This document shows, in pieces, positions 38,179-48,017 of a DNA stretch of 48,031 bases; the first letter of the stretch is position 1; each line of letters starts with the position of its first letter. Source of the DNA: Fusobacteriaceae bacterium (GTDB taxonomy: Bacteria; Fusobacteriota; Fusobacteriia; Fusobacteriales; Fusobacteriaceae); NCBI GenBank assembly GCA_031272775.1, contig JAISTB010000031.1:1-48031 (forward strand), read 5' to 3'. The notes under the pieces are model-generated. The model worked only from the letters and a program-made list of their open reading frames with translations. It ran no database searches and had not been told where the DNA came from. The translations under genes were made by a program, and so were the position numbers.

Positions 38179-38460
38179 ATGAAAAAAACGCTGTTTTTCT
38201 TTCTGTCTCTTCTGGCTTTGACCGGATGCTCCATGACGCCGGAAAAAGCGGATCGCCGGTATAACGACCTTTCCCACCGCTTTGACCGCCTTGTGGACGA
38301 TCGCTTTCGGGAAAAGGACAGGAAGCGGCTCGAAAAATCCTTCCGCAAACTGGGGAAACGCCTGGACCATCCCAAACGGCCCGAAGACGCCCCCGCCATC
38401 CGGGAAACCCGCAACAAAGTCAACGAAAAAATACAATATCTCGAGGACCTGAAGGATTAA
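38179..38460 (+). CDS. Small lipoprotein, hypothetical
   Basis: Lipobox LLALTGCS, highly charged 93-aa protein, RBS GAGGAG upstream. Confidence 0.5.
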   Translation: MKKTLFFFLSLLALTGCSMTPEKADRRYNDLSHRFDRLVDDRFREKDRKRLEKSFRKLGKRLDHPKRPEDAPAIRETRNKVNEKIQYLEDLKD

Positions 38461-38505
38461 GCCCTCCGGGGAAACCTTCACGATCCGGTTCAAGGAGTCC
38501 GCAAC

Positions 38506-39471
38506 ATGGCTGTTACCGAAGTTTTGGACAATATTTTTTGTATTGAAGTGCCGCTTCCGAAAAATCCTCTGAAGTTTTTAAACGCCTATTTCATCAGGGG
38601 CGGGAAGCGCAATATGCTCATCGATACGGGATTCAACCTCCCGGTCTGCGCGGAAGCCCTCCGCTCAGGGCTCGACGCGCTGGGCGTTTCCATGGCGACG
38701 ACGGATATTTTTCTGACCCACATGCACTCGGACCATACGGGTCTCGTGGACGCCGTAAGGGATCCGGCGGGTATCGTGTGGGCAAGCGAACTCGACGCCG
38801 AAGTGATCCGAATCGCCGGTTCCGAAGGTTTTTGGGATGAATTGGAGCGGCTTTGGAGCAAATTCGGCTTCACGGAAGATTCCCACACCCACCCGGGCAG
38901 GAAATTCGCCGCCGACGGGAAGTTCCCGATGACGATCGTGGCCGAAGGCATGAGCATTTCCGTAGGCGATTACGCCTTTCAAGTGTTGGAAACCCCCGGC
39001 CATACCCGGGGACATCTCTGTCTCTATGAGGCGAAGCGCGGGATCCTTGTGGCCGGCGATACGATTTTGGCCGACATTACCCCGAACATCTCCGTCGGCG
39101 TAAACAATCTCAATCCGCTGGGCGATTATTTCCGGAGCCTTGAGCGGCTGGAAAAATTAACGGTGAACCATACGCTTTCCGCCCACCGGCGGAGACCGGC
39201 CTCGCTCTATGAGCGGATCGCCGAGCTCCGGGTCCATCACCGGCAAAGACTCGACGAGGCCCTTTCCATTGTCCGCGCCTCGGAAGGGATCAGCGCCGCC
39301 GAAGCGGCCGCCCGCATGAGCTGGGACATCACAAGCCGCACCTGGGAGGAATTTCCCCTTTCCCAGAAGTGGTTCGCCATCGGCGAGGCCGCGGCCCATT
39401 TGCAACTGCTCGCGGCCGAAGGGACCGTTAGACGAAGAGAAGAAAACAATGTCTGGATTTATGAAGCTTGA
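38506..39471 (+). CDS. MBL-fold metallo-hydrolase
   Basis: THMHSDHTG motif, downstream His/Asp ligands (TPGHTRGH, VAGDT). Confidence 0.7.
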   Translation: MAVTEVLDNIFCIEVPLPKNPLKFLNAYFIRGGKRNMLIDTGFNLPVCAEALRSGLDALGVSMATTDIFLTHMHSDHTGLVDAVRDPAGIVWASELDAEVIRIAGSEGFWDELERLWSKFGFTEDSHTHPGRKFAADGKFPMTIVAEGMSISVGDYAFQVLETPGHTRGHLCLYEAKRGILVAGDTILADITPNISVGVNNLNPLGDYFRSLERLEKLTVNHTLSAHRRRPASLYERIAELRVHHRQRLDEALSIVRASEGISAAEAAARMSWDITSRTWEEFPLSQKWFAIGEAAAHLQLLAAEGTVRRREENNVWIYEA

Positions 39472-39527
39472 ATGAAAATATAAATAATCGATGTTGTATC
39501 AAATAGGAAAAATAGCATTAACAGAAA

Positions 39528-39561
39528 ACAGGGACTGCCCGGGCAATCCCTGTTATTTTTT
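39528..39561 (+). terminator. Rho-independent (possibly bidirectional) terminator between convergent genes
   Basis: ACAGGGACTGCCCGGGCAATCCCTGT hairpin followed by TATTTTTT. Confidence 0.5.
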
Positions 39562-39651
39562 ATCCGCTTTTTGAATGCCGCAAATATTCGCGGTTTTTCA
39601 CAGATTCTCTTTAGCTAGTTTTTTTATCCGTTTTCCATACCGGCTGAAGTT

Positions 39652-40818
39652 TCAAGCCTTGAACGCCGTGTAGGAGAGCATGAGCCCGCCCGTGGTGTTG
39701 TTCCCGTCGTCTTCGTAGCCGTACTCGCCGAAGGTGAACTCCATCAGGAAAGGAACGCCGCCCGCCGCGCCCTTGACCACGCTCACGAGTTCGCCGATCC
39801 TGTCGCCGATGCCGGCCCTGCGTCCGCCGCAGTGTACGAGATGATAGCCCGCCACGTCGCCCCCCGCCTTGTCCTTGAGGGCCGTCAGCGTCGCGCCCGC
39901 GCTCTGGATCAGCTCGTCGACGCTTCCCGCCATGCGGATGACCGCGGTCTTTTCGGCCAGGTCGGCGCCGATATTCATGGAGTAATCGTCATTGCCGTTC
40001 ATGGGATGACGAATCGCGATGAGATCGCCCAGTCTGTCCTTGACGCCCAGGGGAGAGGTAATCGTATAGACGAGAAGATTGCCGCCCTTGAGGGAATCGG
40101 GGTCGACGCCCGCCCATTTGGCGTATTTTTTGACGGCCGGTTCGCCGTCGATTTCGACGAGGACCCGTTTATCGCGGACTTTGGTGATGATCCCCACGTC
40201 TTCGGTCTCCCGGTAAGCTCCTGTAAAGAGGTTTGTCATGCCGAGCCCCCAGAAAAAGGCCACCGCCACGCCATCCGCGTAAACGCCCGTATCGCCCGTA
40301 CCGAGAACCCATTCGCCGGCGATGGCGTTGTCGGCCGCGCTGCCGCCGAAGAAGGGCTTGCGTCCGATGATGTCCGTAATCCCCTTGAGGTAGGTCTCCT
40401 CTTCGCCCGGGGGCGCGACCATATAGAAGCAGTCGGGGGGCGTATCTTTACCCGCGTTTTTCATTGCGGCCGCGGCCGCTTCCTTGCCCGCCTTCCGGGC
40501 GCACTTGTCTTTCTTGACGCCCGCGATCCCGGCGGTCACTTCATCTCCGCCCACCGCGAGAATCCCTACAAATCCGCTGTCGCCTCCGACGAAGCCCTCG
40601 GGCGTCACCACCCCGGTAAAGGAAGTGTTTCCGACGATGGGAACCCCGGGGAGCGCCTCTTTGACCCCCGCGTAAAGCGCGTTATTGTCATAAGCCACAC
40701 TGGAATAGACAAAAGCCATTTTGGCCTTACCGAGACCGGCCACAGCCTTTTCGGCGGCCTGTTTTCCCGCCGCCTTCGCATCCGTCAGCACGCTTGATCC
40801 GACGCCGCATTTTGCCAT
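39652..40818 (-). CDS. FIST-domain (FIST_N/FIST_C) sensory protein
   Basis: 388 aa, Gly/Ala-rich, with repeated GxxVxxG patterns typical of FIST domains. No output domain. Confidence 0.65.
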   Translation of the reverse strand: MAKCGVGSSVLTDAKAAGKQAAEKAVAGLGKAKMAFVYSSVAYDNNALYAGVKEALPGVPIVGNTSFTGVVTPEGFVGGDSGFVGILAVGGDEVTAGIAGVKKDKCARKAGKEAAAAAMKNAGKDTPPDCFYMVAPPGEEETYLKGITDIIGRKPFFGGSAADNAIAGEWVLGTGDTGVYADGVAVAFFWGLGMTNLFTGAYRETEDVGIITKVRDKRVLVEIDGEPAVKKYAKWAGVDPDSLKGGNLLVYTITSPLGVKDRLGDLIAIRHPMNGNDDYSMNIGADLAEKTAVIRMAGSVDELIQSAGATLTALKDKAGGDVAGYHLVHCGGRRAGIGDRIGELVSVVKGAAGGVPFLMEFTFGEYGYEDDGNNTTGGLMLSYTAFKA

Positions 40819-40927
40819 AATCTTTACCTCCTCCTATTATCAAAATGTTTTTGCTCTACTTTGATTATACCTCATTTTTGCGAGAAAGCAAGGGGCATTT
40901 TCGGTTTTGTTCGGGGCGGGAGGAGCG

Positions 40928-41689
40928 CTATCGTTTGGGTAAAAATCGGAATGTCTTTGTAAACCAGACTTTGATGTTACGGTTTTGATAATACACCGGA
41001 CGGAACTTCCACCGGCGGAGCGCCGCGGTCACTTCGTCGTCAAATCCGAGTCCCTTGTTTCCTGAAAGAATCAGAATCTGCTCCACATTCCCGGACAAAC
41101 CGACCAGAAATTTCGCCGTGACGGAAACCGTTCCGGAAATACGCATTTGCTCGGCTCTCGCCGGATAAGCCGGCTCATGCTGACGCAGGATTTGATAGGC
41201 GATGCCTTCGGGAGAATGCGCGACGGGAATCCCGTCCTGTCCCACGCTGATATTCCGGTTTCCCGAAAAACCCGCTTCCGTGGGCGGCGCGGGGCGCTTT
41301 TTTTCCGGAACGCGCTTCCGCGTTTTGTTCTCGGTTAATTTGGGCTCCGGTTTCCGCTCGGGTTTGACTTTGCTTGGCTCAGGCCGTGGCTCGGGTTCAG
41401 GCTTCGGCTTGGGTTCAGACTGTGGTTCGGGTTCAGGTATCGGCTCGGGTTCAGGCTGCGGCTCAGGTTCAGGTATCGGCTCGGGTTCAAGTCGCGGCTC
41501 GGGTTCAGGTATCGGCCCGGGCGCCGCAAGGGGTTCCATAACAGCCTCCGATCCGGGATCTTCCACGGCTTCTCGAAGCGTCACGGGAATCCGGTCCGGT
41601 TTTTCCGCGTGTATCCGAAAATATTCCGGTATTCCCGGACGCAGAAACAAAAGCGCGTGAACCAACAATGAGATCAGGATGTATTTCAT
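40928..41689 (-). CDS. tonB: TonB-family energy transducer with proline-rich (EPEP) spacer
   Basis: N-terminal TM helix, (PEPEPx)n linker, C-terminal TonB domain. Confidence 0.7.
   Translation of the reverse strand: MKYILISLLVHALLFLRPGIPEYFRIHAEKPDRIPVTLREAVEDPGSEAVMEPLAAPGPIPEPEPRLEPEPIPEPEPQPEPEPIPEPEPQSEPKPKPEPEPRPEPSKVKPERKPEPKLTENKTRKRVPEKKRPAPPTEAGFSGNRNISVGQDGIPVAHSPEGIAYQILRQHEPAYPARAEQMRISGTVSVTAKFLVGLSGNVEQILILSGNKGLGFDDEVTAALRRWKFRPVYYQNRNIKVWFTKTFRFLPKR
41384..41520 (-). repeat. Imperfect ~18/36-bp tandem repeats encoding the EPEP linker of TonB
   Basis: ggttcaggtatcggctcgggttcaggctgcggctca repeated with minor variation. Confidence 0.6.
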
Positions 41690-41710
41690 AAAAAATCCCT
41701 CCGGAGAAGC

Positions 41711-41838
41711 TTATTTTTGCACGGTCAGGGAAAGCGAAGGAAAAAGGCGGCGCGCTCGAGGATTACGGCGAGCGCGACGACAGACAGGACAAGCAGTACC
41801 CACATCAGATTTCCGCCCGCTTTGATATAATAAAGCAT
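41711..41838 (-). pseudogene. ExbB/TolQ/MotA-like N-terminal fragment (37 codons), probable remnant of exbB upstream of tonB
   Basis: Minus-strand ORF MLYYIKAGGNLMWVLLVLSVVALAVILERAAFFLRFP*. The GG..M...LL.S..ALAxxxER pattern matches ExbB/TolQ helix-1. No exbD is present. Confidence 0.3.
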
Positions 41839-42150
41839 TCTTTCCTCCTTATCGAAAGGACTCCCGGTATGGTCAGGATAGTTTTTTCATTTTAACCCTG
41901 ATGTTCTCCGGAAACGTTGCATCAGTTCGGAAAAATAGGTTTTCGCGTTCTTTTCATCATCTATTTTTTTGTGTTGCCTGTCAATGTAGAATACGCAATC
42001 AGTACTTTCAACGATCAATTCCTCCTGTTTCTGTTTTGACTTTCAAAATAAATGTCAATCTATTTGCATTATATCAAAAATATTTCTTTTGTCAAATAAT
42101 TTTTTGTTTAAAATTCGCTATTACTGACTTTGCGGGAAAAAATTATTTTC

Positions 42151-42179
42151 TTGACAACGCAGCGCAAAAATATTATAAT
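42151..42179 (+). promoter_or_regulatory. Consensus sigma70 promoter (TTGACA-17-TATAAT) for the haem-uptake locus
   Basis: Exact consensus -35 and -10 hexamers with 17-nt spacer, about 145 nt upstream of the radical-SAM gene start. Confidence 0.55.
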
Positions 42180-42182
42180 AAC

Positions 42183-42218
42183 TGATATGATAATTAATTT
42201 GATTTTATGATTATTTAA
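42183..42218 (+). promoter_or_regulatory. AT-rich Fur-box-like operator candidate overlapping/downstream of the -10
   Basis: TGATATGATAATTAATTTGATTTTATGATTATTTAATA contains GATAAT/ATGATTAT half-site-like hexamers. The location fits iron/haem regulation. Confidence 0.3.
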
Positions 42219-42323
42219 TAAATAAAATATTTATCAATAAAATTATTTGGTTTTTTCTTTTACAGCGCAGAAATAGTGAATTCTTGTCTGTTTCATACCG
42301 ATAAGGGAGGCGGAATACAGAAC

Positions 42324-43174
42324 ATGGACAACATATTGACACTGTGGCCCAAACGGTTGAAATCACATCATGACGCGGCAAGTCTTGTCGAAAAATATCA
42401 AAAAGCGGAAAAAGCGACGGAAGCGGATTTTTCAGCGAAACTGGAAGAACGACCGGAAAATAACCCAAAGGCCATGTATGTGCATGTTCCGTGGTGCGAC
42501 CGGATTTGTTCCTTTTGCAATATGAACCGGAAGCAGGCTGACGCCGCGTTGACAGCGTATCCGGCCCGGCTTGCGGCCGAATTGGAAAAATACGGAAAAA
42601 CCAGATACTTGCGGGAAAGCCGTTTTGAAGCGATCTTTTTTGGAGGCGGGACGCCGACTGTTCTTTCGACGGAGCAACTTGCGACGGTTTTGTCCGCTTT
42701 GCGCAAAAATGTACATCTGGCGGAGGATTGCGAATTTACTTTCGAAAGTACGCTGCACAACCTGCAGGAAGATAAAATCGGACTTCTCACGCAATACGGC
42801 GTCAACCGGATCAGCGTCGGGATTCAGACATTTTCCGAAAGAGGTCGGCAATTCTATAACCGGACGTACAACCGTCAGCAGGCCCTCGACAAACTGAGGA
42901 CATTGCAAAAGCTCTTTCACGGGGATGTCTGTGTGGATATCATTTATAACTTTCCGGGCTCATGCAGTTTCCGGAATTTTCAAAAAGCCGGATCGAAACG
43001 CTTCTGACAGAGGAGGAATCCGTCGTCTACCGGAAAAAGATGAAACAGTATCAGAACGCGGGGCTTCTCAAAGAGAGTAAAACTTCCTATGATCTGACTT
43101 CCGCCGGTGTATTCTGGGGGAACAATCTGATCGTTGATACGATTACGGAAATTTTGGAAAAGACATTGAAATGA
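42324..43174 (+). pseudogene. HemN/HemW/HutW-family radical SAM protein, short and frameshifted (frame switch near 42950-42961)
   Basis: Start MDNILTLW after an AAGGGAGG RBS. CxxxCxxC motif CDRICSFC. GGGTPT. Frame 1 stops at 43007. The HemN_C-like tail (…NAGLLKESKTSYDLTSAGVFWGNNLIVD…) continues in another frame (42962..43174), which opens immediately after a TAA. Confidence 0.55.
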
Positions 43175-43195
43175 CTGCGACAGAAGGAGAGGGAC

Positions 43196-45319
43196 ATGCG
43201 TTCTAAAGAATTGTTGATTTTAAGTGTTATCTTGTGTGGGATGGCTTACGGAAGCCAAAATGTGGAACTTGAGGACAGCGTTATCTACTCGACCACCGGA
43301 TTTGCGGAAAGCGTCCGGGATGAAGCGAGTACCCCGGTGATCATCACAAAGCGGGAAATAGAAGAAAAACGCTATAAAACCGCCATTGAAGCCCTGAAAG
43401 ACGTTCCGTCCGTCAATGTGCAGTACCAGATGGGAATGCCTGTCATCGATATGCGGGGTCAGGGAATGAAAGCGAAGGACAATGTGCAGGTTCTCATCGA
43501 CGGCGTTCCGGTAAATTCCCTGGAGACTTCCATGGTCGCCAGCGTCATCAATACAATTTCGGTGGACAGTATCGAGCGCATTGAAGTCATTCCGGGCGGC
43601 GGCGCGGTTCTGTACGGCAGCGGGACCTCAGGAGGGGTCGTAAACATCATCACGAAAAAAGGAACCGGATCGCGGGCATCCGCCGGATACAGTTACGGCG
43701 ACGTTCTCGGCGGCAAAGCCGATGTTTCGGCCGGATATACCTTTGCCGACCGCCTTGATTTGGATCTGGCCTATACGAAAAATAACATCAAAGGATACCG
43801 GGATTACAGCCGGGACGAATCGGATTATTTCCTCGGAAGTCTGCGGTACAGGATATCGGAGGATCAGCGCATCAGCCTGAAATACACCAAATACAAAAAT
43901 GAGATGCAGTACCCGGGTTCGCTGACCGATGTCCAACTCAGAGAAGACAGAAGACAAAGTTCGCTGTATCCCGGAGAGGAATATCTGATTTTGTCGGATA
44001 AAGACGAAATTATGCTTGATTATCAAAACAAGCTGAGCGATAAACTGGAATTGAACCTCCTGGGGTTTTCTCAAAAAATTGAAATCACGATGAAGGATAA
44101 CTATAAAATACCCGGGGAGTCCTTTGATATGGAAGCGCACTTTGACACAAAAAAGAACGGGCTCAAGGCCAAATTAAAGTATACTTATACGGAAAAAGGA
44201 GCCCTGATTTTCGGTGTGGATTATATAGACGACAAGCTTGACAGAACCATGGAACAGCTGATAAAGGGCGTCACAACGGTAGGACCTATGGTTGTCGCCA
44301 ATGATGTCTTCACCGATACGGAGATCTATCTGAAAAAAAAGACCTGGAGCGCTTTTCTGCTCAACACGATTCGAGTCAATGATTTTGAATTGATCCAGGG
44401 CGTCCGTTATGAAAAGGCGAGATATCATATTGATCGCTCGTCGATGTCCCATGTCCACGTGGAAGGCAGAATGGGGCCGATGATTATACCCATGGCGGAT
44501 ACGACAAGCCTCTATCCGATTGTCGCAAAACGCGATGAAGACAACTTTGCGTTGGAGCTGGCCGCCAATTATCTCTATTCGGAAACCGGAAAACTGTATT
44601 TGAAGTATGAACGTGGATTTTCCTCTCCCGCGCCCGCTTTGCTGACAGATCGCGATGCCACGCCGTCTTACGGCGGAAGCGGAAATTATTTCCTGAACGA
44701 TCTGAAATCGGAAACATTCAACACGGTGGAATTGGGATTCAAGGACTATTTCGGACCGACAACCCTCACCGCGGCAGTCTTTTATACGTTGACGAACGAC
44801 GAGATCCGCTCTTCCGGAATGAGCAGAACTTCGCGCATCGTCAATTACAATCTTGCCAAAACGGAACGTTTCGGCTTTGAAATTTCGGCGGAACAACGGG
44901 TGAACCGGTTCACATTCCGGGAAACCTATCATTTCGTGAACGCGAAAATCAAAGACGGGATCGACGGTTATTCCGGACTGGATGTTTCCGGAAAGAGAAT
45001 TGCCCTCGTTCCGCAGCATAAATTTTCCGTCGGCGCCAATGTCCGGATTCTTCCGAACCTGAGTCTGGACGCGGACGTTGTCTATGCGGGCAATTATTAT
45101 CTGAACGACGGCAATACCGGCGGAAAGAAAAACAAGCGCCTGCTTGTGAATTCGCGAATCAATTGGGAACCTAAGACAGGCCTTGTCGTCTATGCCGGCG
45201 TGAACAATCTCTTTGATGAAAAATATTCCAATTCCGTGGATTACGATCCGGCCGGCGGGTATTCATATGATCCCGCCTACGGCAGAAACTGGTATGTGGG
45301 ATTCAAATATCAGTTCTGA
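43196..45319 (+). CDS. TonB-dependent outer membrane receptor (haem/siderophore type)
   Basis: Signal peptide, plug domain, 22-strand-like barrel, terminal ...NWYVGFKYQF. Confidence 0.9.
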   Translation: MRSKELLILSVILCGMAYGSQNVELEDSVIYSTTGFAESVRDEASTPVIITKREIEEKRYKTAIEALKDVPSVNVQYQMGMPVIDMRGQGMKAKDNVQVLIDGVPVNSLETSMVASVINTISVDSIERIEVIPGGGAVLYGSGTSGGVVNIITKKGTGSRASAGYSYGDVLGGKADVSAGYTFADRLDLDLAYTKNNIKGYRDYSRDESDYFLGSLRYRISEDQRISLKYTKYKNEMQYPGSLTDVQLREDRRQSSLYPGEEYLILSDKDEIMLDYQNKLSDKLELNLLGFSQKIEITMKDNYKIPGESFDMEAHFDTKKNGLKAKLKYTYTEKGALIFGVDYIDDKLDRTMEQLIKGVTTVGPMVVANDVFTDTEIYLKKKTWSAFLLNTIRVNDFELIQGVRYEKARYHIDRSSMSHVHVEGRMGPMIIPMADTTSLYPIVAKRDEDNFALELAANYLYSETGKLYLKYERGFSSPAPALLTDRDATPSYGGSGNYFLNDLKSETFNTVELGFKDYFGPTTLTAAVFYTLTNDEIRSSGMSRTSRIVNYNLAKTERFGFEISAEQRVNRFTFRETYHFVNAKIKDGIDGYSGLDVSGKRIALVPQHKFSVGANVRILPNLSLDADVVYAGNYYLNDGNTGGKKNKRLLVNSRINWEPKTGLVVYAGVNNLFDEKYSNSVDYDPAGGYSYDPAYGRNWYVGFKYQF

Positions 45320-45344
45320 TCCCTTGCCTTTCGATTGAGGATTT

Positions 45345-46314
45345 ATGAAAAAACACGTCTCAAAATTATTACTGGTATTGCTGCTTGTCACGGGAATCCT
45401 GGCCATCCCCTCGGGCCCGGTTCCCGTTCCCTTAGGGGATCTGCTTGGGGGAAGGCCTCTCCCGGACCACATACGGACCATCTTGCTGCAATTGCGCATC
45501 CCGCGTATTCTGATGGCCGTCATCGTGGGGATGATGCTCGCCTCCGGCGGCGCCGTGGTTCAGACCGTTTTTCAAAACCCCCTGGCGGATCCCTATATTA
45601 TCGGCATTTCCGCAAGCGCCACGTTCGGAGCGGTCCTTGCCTACCTCCTTCATATGCCGGACGCGATGTACGGAGTTTTTGCCTTCGTATGCTGCCTTGG
45701 GAGCACATTCATCGTTTTTGGAATCTCCCGCCGGGGAAAGGGCCTGCCCGTCACGACTCTCCTGATCGTCGGAATTGCGCTTTCTTCATTTTTGGGCGCG
45801 TTTACTTCGTTTTCCATGCTTCTCATCGGCCAGGATTCCTTCCGGATTACGATGTGGATGATGGGATACCTGGGAAACGCCAGCTGGTCCCGGGTCGGTT
45901 TTCTTACGGTTCCGCTTTTGCTGTCCGTTTTCTATTTCTGGATGGAACGCCACCATTTGGACGCTCTTTTGTCCGGAGATGAAGAGGCGCATGCTCTGGG
46001 CGTGGATGTCCGCAAACTTAAGATCCCGTCTGCTGACTGTCGTTGCGCTCGTTGTTGCGTTTTCGGTTGCGTTTACGGGCATGATCAGCTTTGTGGGCCT
46101 GATCGTCCCGCATATCGTAAAGACCATAATGGGTTCTTCCCATGCCGCATCGTTGCCGGTCGTGATCCTTGGCGGCGGCTGGTTCCTGCTCGTGTGTGAT
46201 CTGTTTGGGCGTTGCGCCTTTGCGCCTGTTGAAATCCCAATCGGGGTCGTCACCGGTTTTTTGGGCGCGCCTTTTTTCCTGTATCTTGCCTTCAGAAAAA
46301 AAGGAGTGCGGTAA
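45345..46314 (+). pseudogene. hmuU: FecCD/HmuU-family iron-complex ABC permease, split by a +1 frameshift in a CCC run near 46013-46015
   Basis: Frame A (45345..) reads ...HALGVDVRKLKI then nonsense. Frame B (45979..46314) reads ...RLLTVVALVVAFSVAFTGMISFVGLIVPHIV. Removing one C from aagatcccgtctg gives KLKIRLLTVVALV. Confidence 0.7.
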
Positions 46315-46316
46315 CG

Positions 46317-47108
46317 ATGCCTGCCATTGTCGTCAAAAATTTGAATTTTTCGTATGAAAATAAAAAGATTCTGGACGGGATCAGTTTTGCGGTCCCCAGA
46401 GGGAAACTGACCGGGATTCTGGGCCCCAACGGCTGTGGCAAATCGACGCTCCTGCAGAATATACTGGGTTTTTTGAATGAAAAATCCGAAGCGGTCGAAG
46501 TTTTGGGAAAACCGCGTACGAGCTACACCGCGGCGGAACTTGCGAAAAAGATGGCTTTCGTACCGCAAAAATCAAGGCTCAACGCGAATCTTTGCCTGTA
46601 TGAGTTTGCCCTTCTCGGCCGAATTCCACACATGAAAAGCATTTTTTACGGATATTCCCGGGAAGACCATCGAATCACGGAATACGTCCTGCGGACCCTT
46701 CACCTGTCGGAGATGAAGGAAAGGATGACCATGACGCTTTCCGGCGGGGAATTTCAGATGCTTCTTCTGGCAAGGGCGCTCGTGCAGGATCCGGAAATTC
46801 TTCTGCTTGACGAGCCGACGGCGGCGCTTGATCTCAATCACGCGATTTCTCTGATGAGACGCTTAAACGCCGAGATACGGTCCCGGGACCTGAGCGCGTG
46901 CATCGTTTTGCATGATTTGAATCTTGCCGCTCTTTTTTGCGACGGACTCATTCTGATGCACCATGGAAAAGTTTATCGCAGCGGCGCGCCGGAGAGCGTA
47001 CTGACGCCGGAGAATCTCAAGGCGGTCTACGGGCTTTCCTGCGTCGTGACAGCGCTTCCGAACGGAAAGCCGTATATCATACCGAATATCGAAGAAAAAA
47101 TTGATTGA
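46317..47108 (+). CDS. hmuV: Iron-complex/haemin ABC transporter ATP-binding protein (HmuV/FecE-like)
   Basis: GPNGCGKSTLL, LSGGEFQMLLLARAL, LLLDEPTAALD. Confidence 0.85.
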   Translation: MPAIVVKNLNFSYENKKILDGISFAVPRGKLTGILGPNGCGKSTLLQNILGFLNEKSEAVEVLGKPRTSYTAAELAKKMAFVPQKSRLNANLCLYEFALLGRIPHMKSIFYGYSREDHRITEYVLRTLHLSEMKERMTMTLSGGEFQMLLLARALVQDPEILLLDEPTAALDLNHAISLMRRLNAEIRSRDLSACIVLHDLNLAALFCDGLILMHHGKVYRSGAPESVLTPENLKAVYGLSCVVTALPNGKPYIIPNIEEKID

Positions 47109-47126
47109 AGAAAAGGAGAAAGAGAG

Positions 47127-48017
47127 TTGAAGAAAAAAATTTTGGCGGCGCTCTTTTGCGTTGTTTTCTACCGGATGCTGCCGGGTATGCAGATATCGGA
47201 CGGAAAAATCATGGATCATACCAATACAAGCATAGAGGCGAGACGCTACAATCGCGTCGTCGTTTTGGATCCCGCCGTCACGGAAACGCTCTATGAGATA
47301 GGCGGAGAGGATATCATCGCGGCAGTGGCCAATACGACAATGAGTAAAATCTGGCCGGAGGAGAAGGTGAAAGAACTGCCCAGTGTCGGAACACTCACAA
47401 AACCAAGCATAGAAAAAATTCTGTCCTTCGGGCCCGATCTGGTTATTGTAAACGGTATGGCGACCGGCGTCCGCGACAGAATTCGGGAATTTGGGATTCC
47501 CGTTCTTGTGTGGGAGGCAAACAGCCTTGCCGATATCCTGGACAATATCAGGGCGCTGGGGATCATCAGCGGGCGGGAAGAAAAAGCGGAAAAGCTTTAT
47601 CAGGAAAGTCTCGGTAAAATAGAACGGCTCCGCGCAAAAAGCGCCAAAGAGAAAAAACTGAGAGGCGCGCTTCTGATTTCCGTCCAGCCGCTTATGGTTT
47701 TTCCGAAAGGGACGCTTCCGAATGAAATTCTGGAATTGCTGGGCGTGGATTCTCTCGGAAAGGAACTTCTTGGAATGCGGCCCATTGTTTCCGCCGAAAT
47801 GCTCCTGACATTTGATCCGGACTTTATCGCGGGCGCCATGAGTATAGCCGATGTCGACAGCATCCGGAACGGAAACGAAGCGATAAAAAAAACCCGGGCC
47901 TACCGGAACAATCGGATTTTTATTGTGGATTCCGCGAAAATTCTGCGCGGATCTCCGAGAATTTTTGAAGCGATCGAAGCCTTTGAAAATGAGTTGGAGG
48001 CCATCCGGCCGTTGTGA
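47127..48017 (+). CDS. hmuT: Periplasmic binding protein (HmuT/BtuF cluster, PBP type III)
   Basis: TTG start after AAGGAGAAAGAGAG. Signal peptide. VVVLDPAVTETLYEIGGEDIIAAV and LVIVN motifs typical of class III substrate-binding proteins. Confidence 0.75.
   Translation: MKKKILAALFCVVFYRMLPGMQISDGKIMDHTNTSIEARRYNRVVVLDPAVTETLYEIGGEDIIAAVANTTMSKIWPEEKVKELPSVGTLTKPSIEKILSFGPDLVIVNGMATGVRDRIREFGIPVLVWEANSLADILDNIRALGIISGREEKAEKLYQESLGKIERLRAKSAKEKKLRGALLISVQPLMVFPKGTLPNEILELLGVDSLGKELLGMRPIVSAEMLLTFDPDFIAGAMSIADVDSIRNGNEAIKKTRAYRNNRIFIVDSAKILRGSPRIFEAIEAFENELEAIRPL

Noticed and set aside
41901-42185. 94-aa plus-strand ORF in the AT-rich leader upstream of the radical-SAM gene
   Set aside because: Cys/Phe-rich nonsense composition. 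The region is better explained as promoter/operator DNA (consensus -35/-10 lies inside it).
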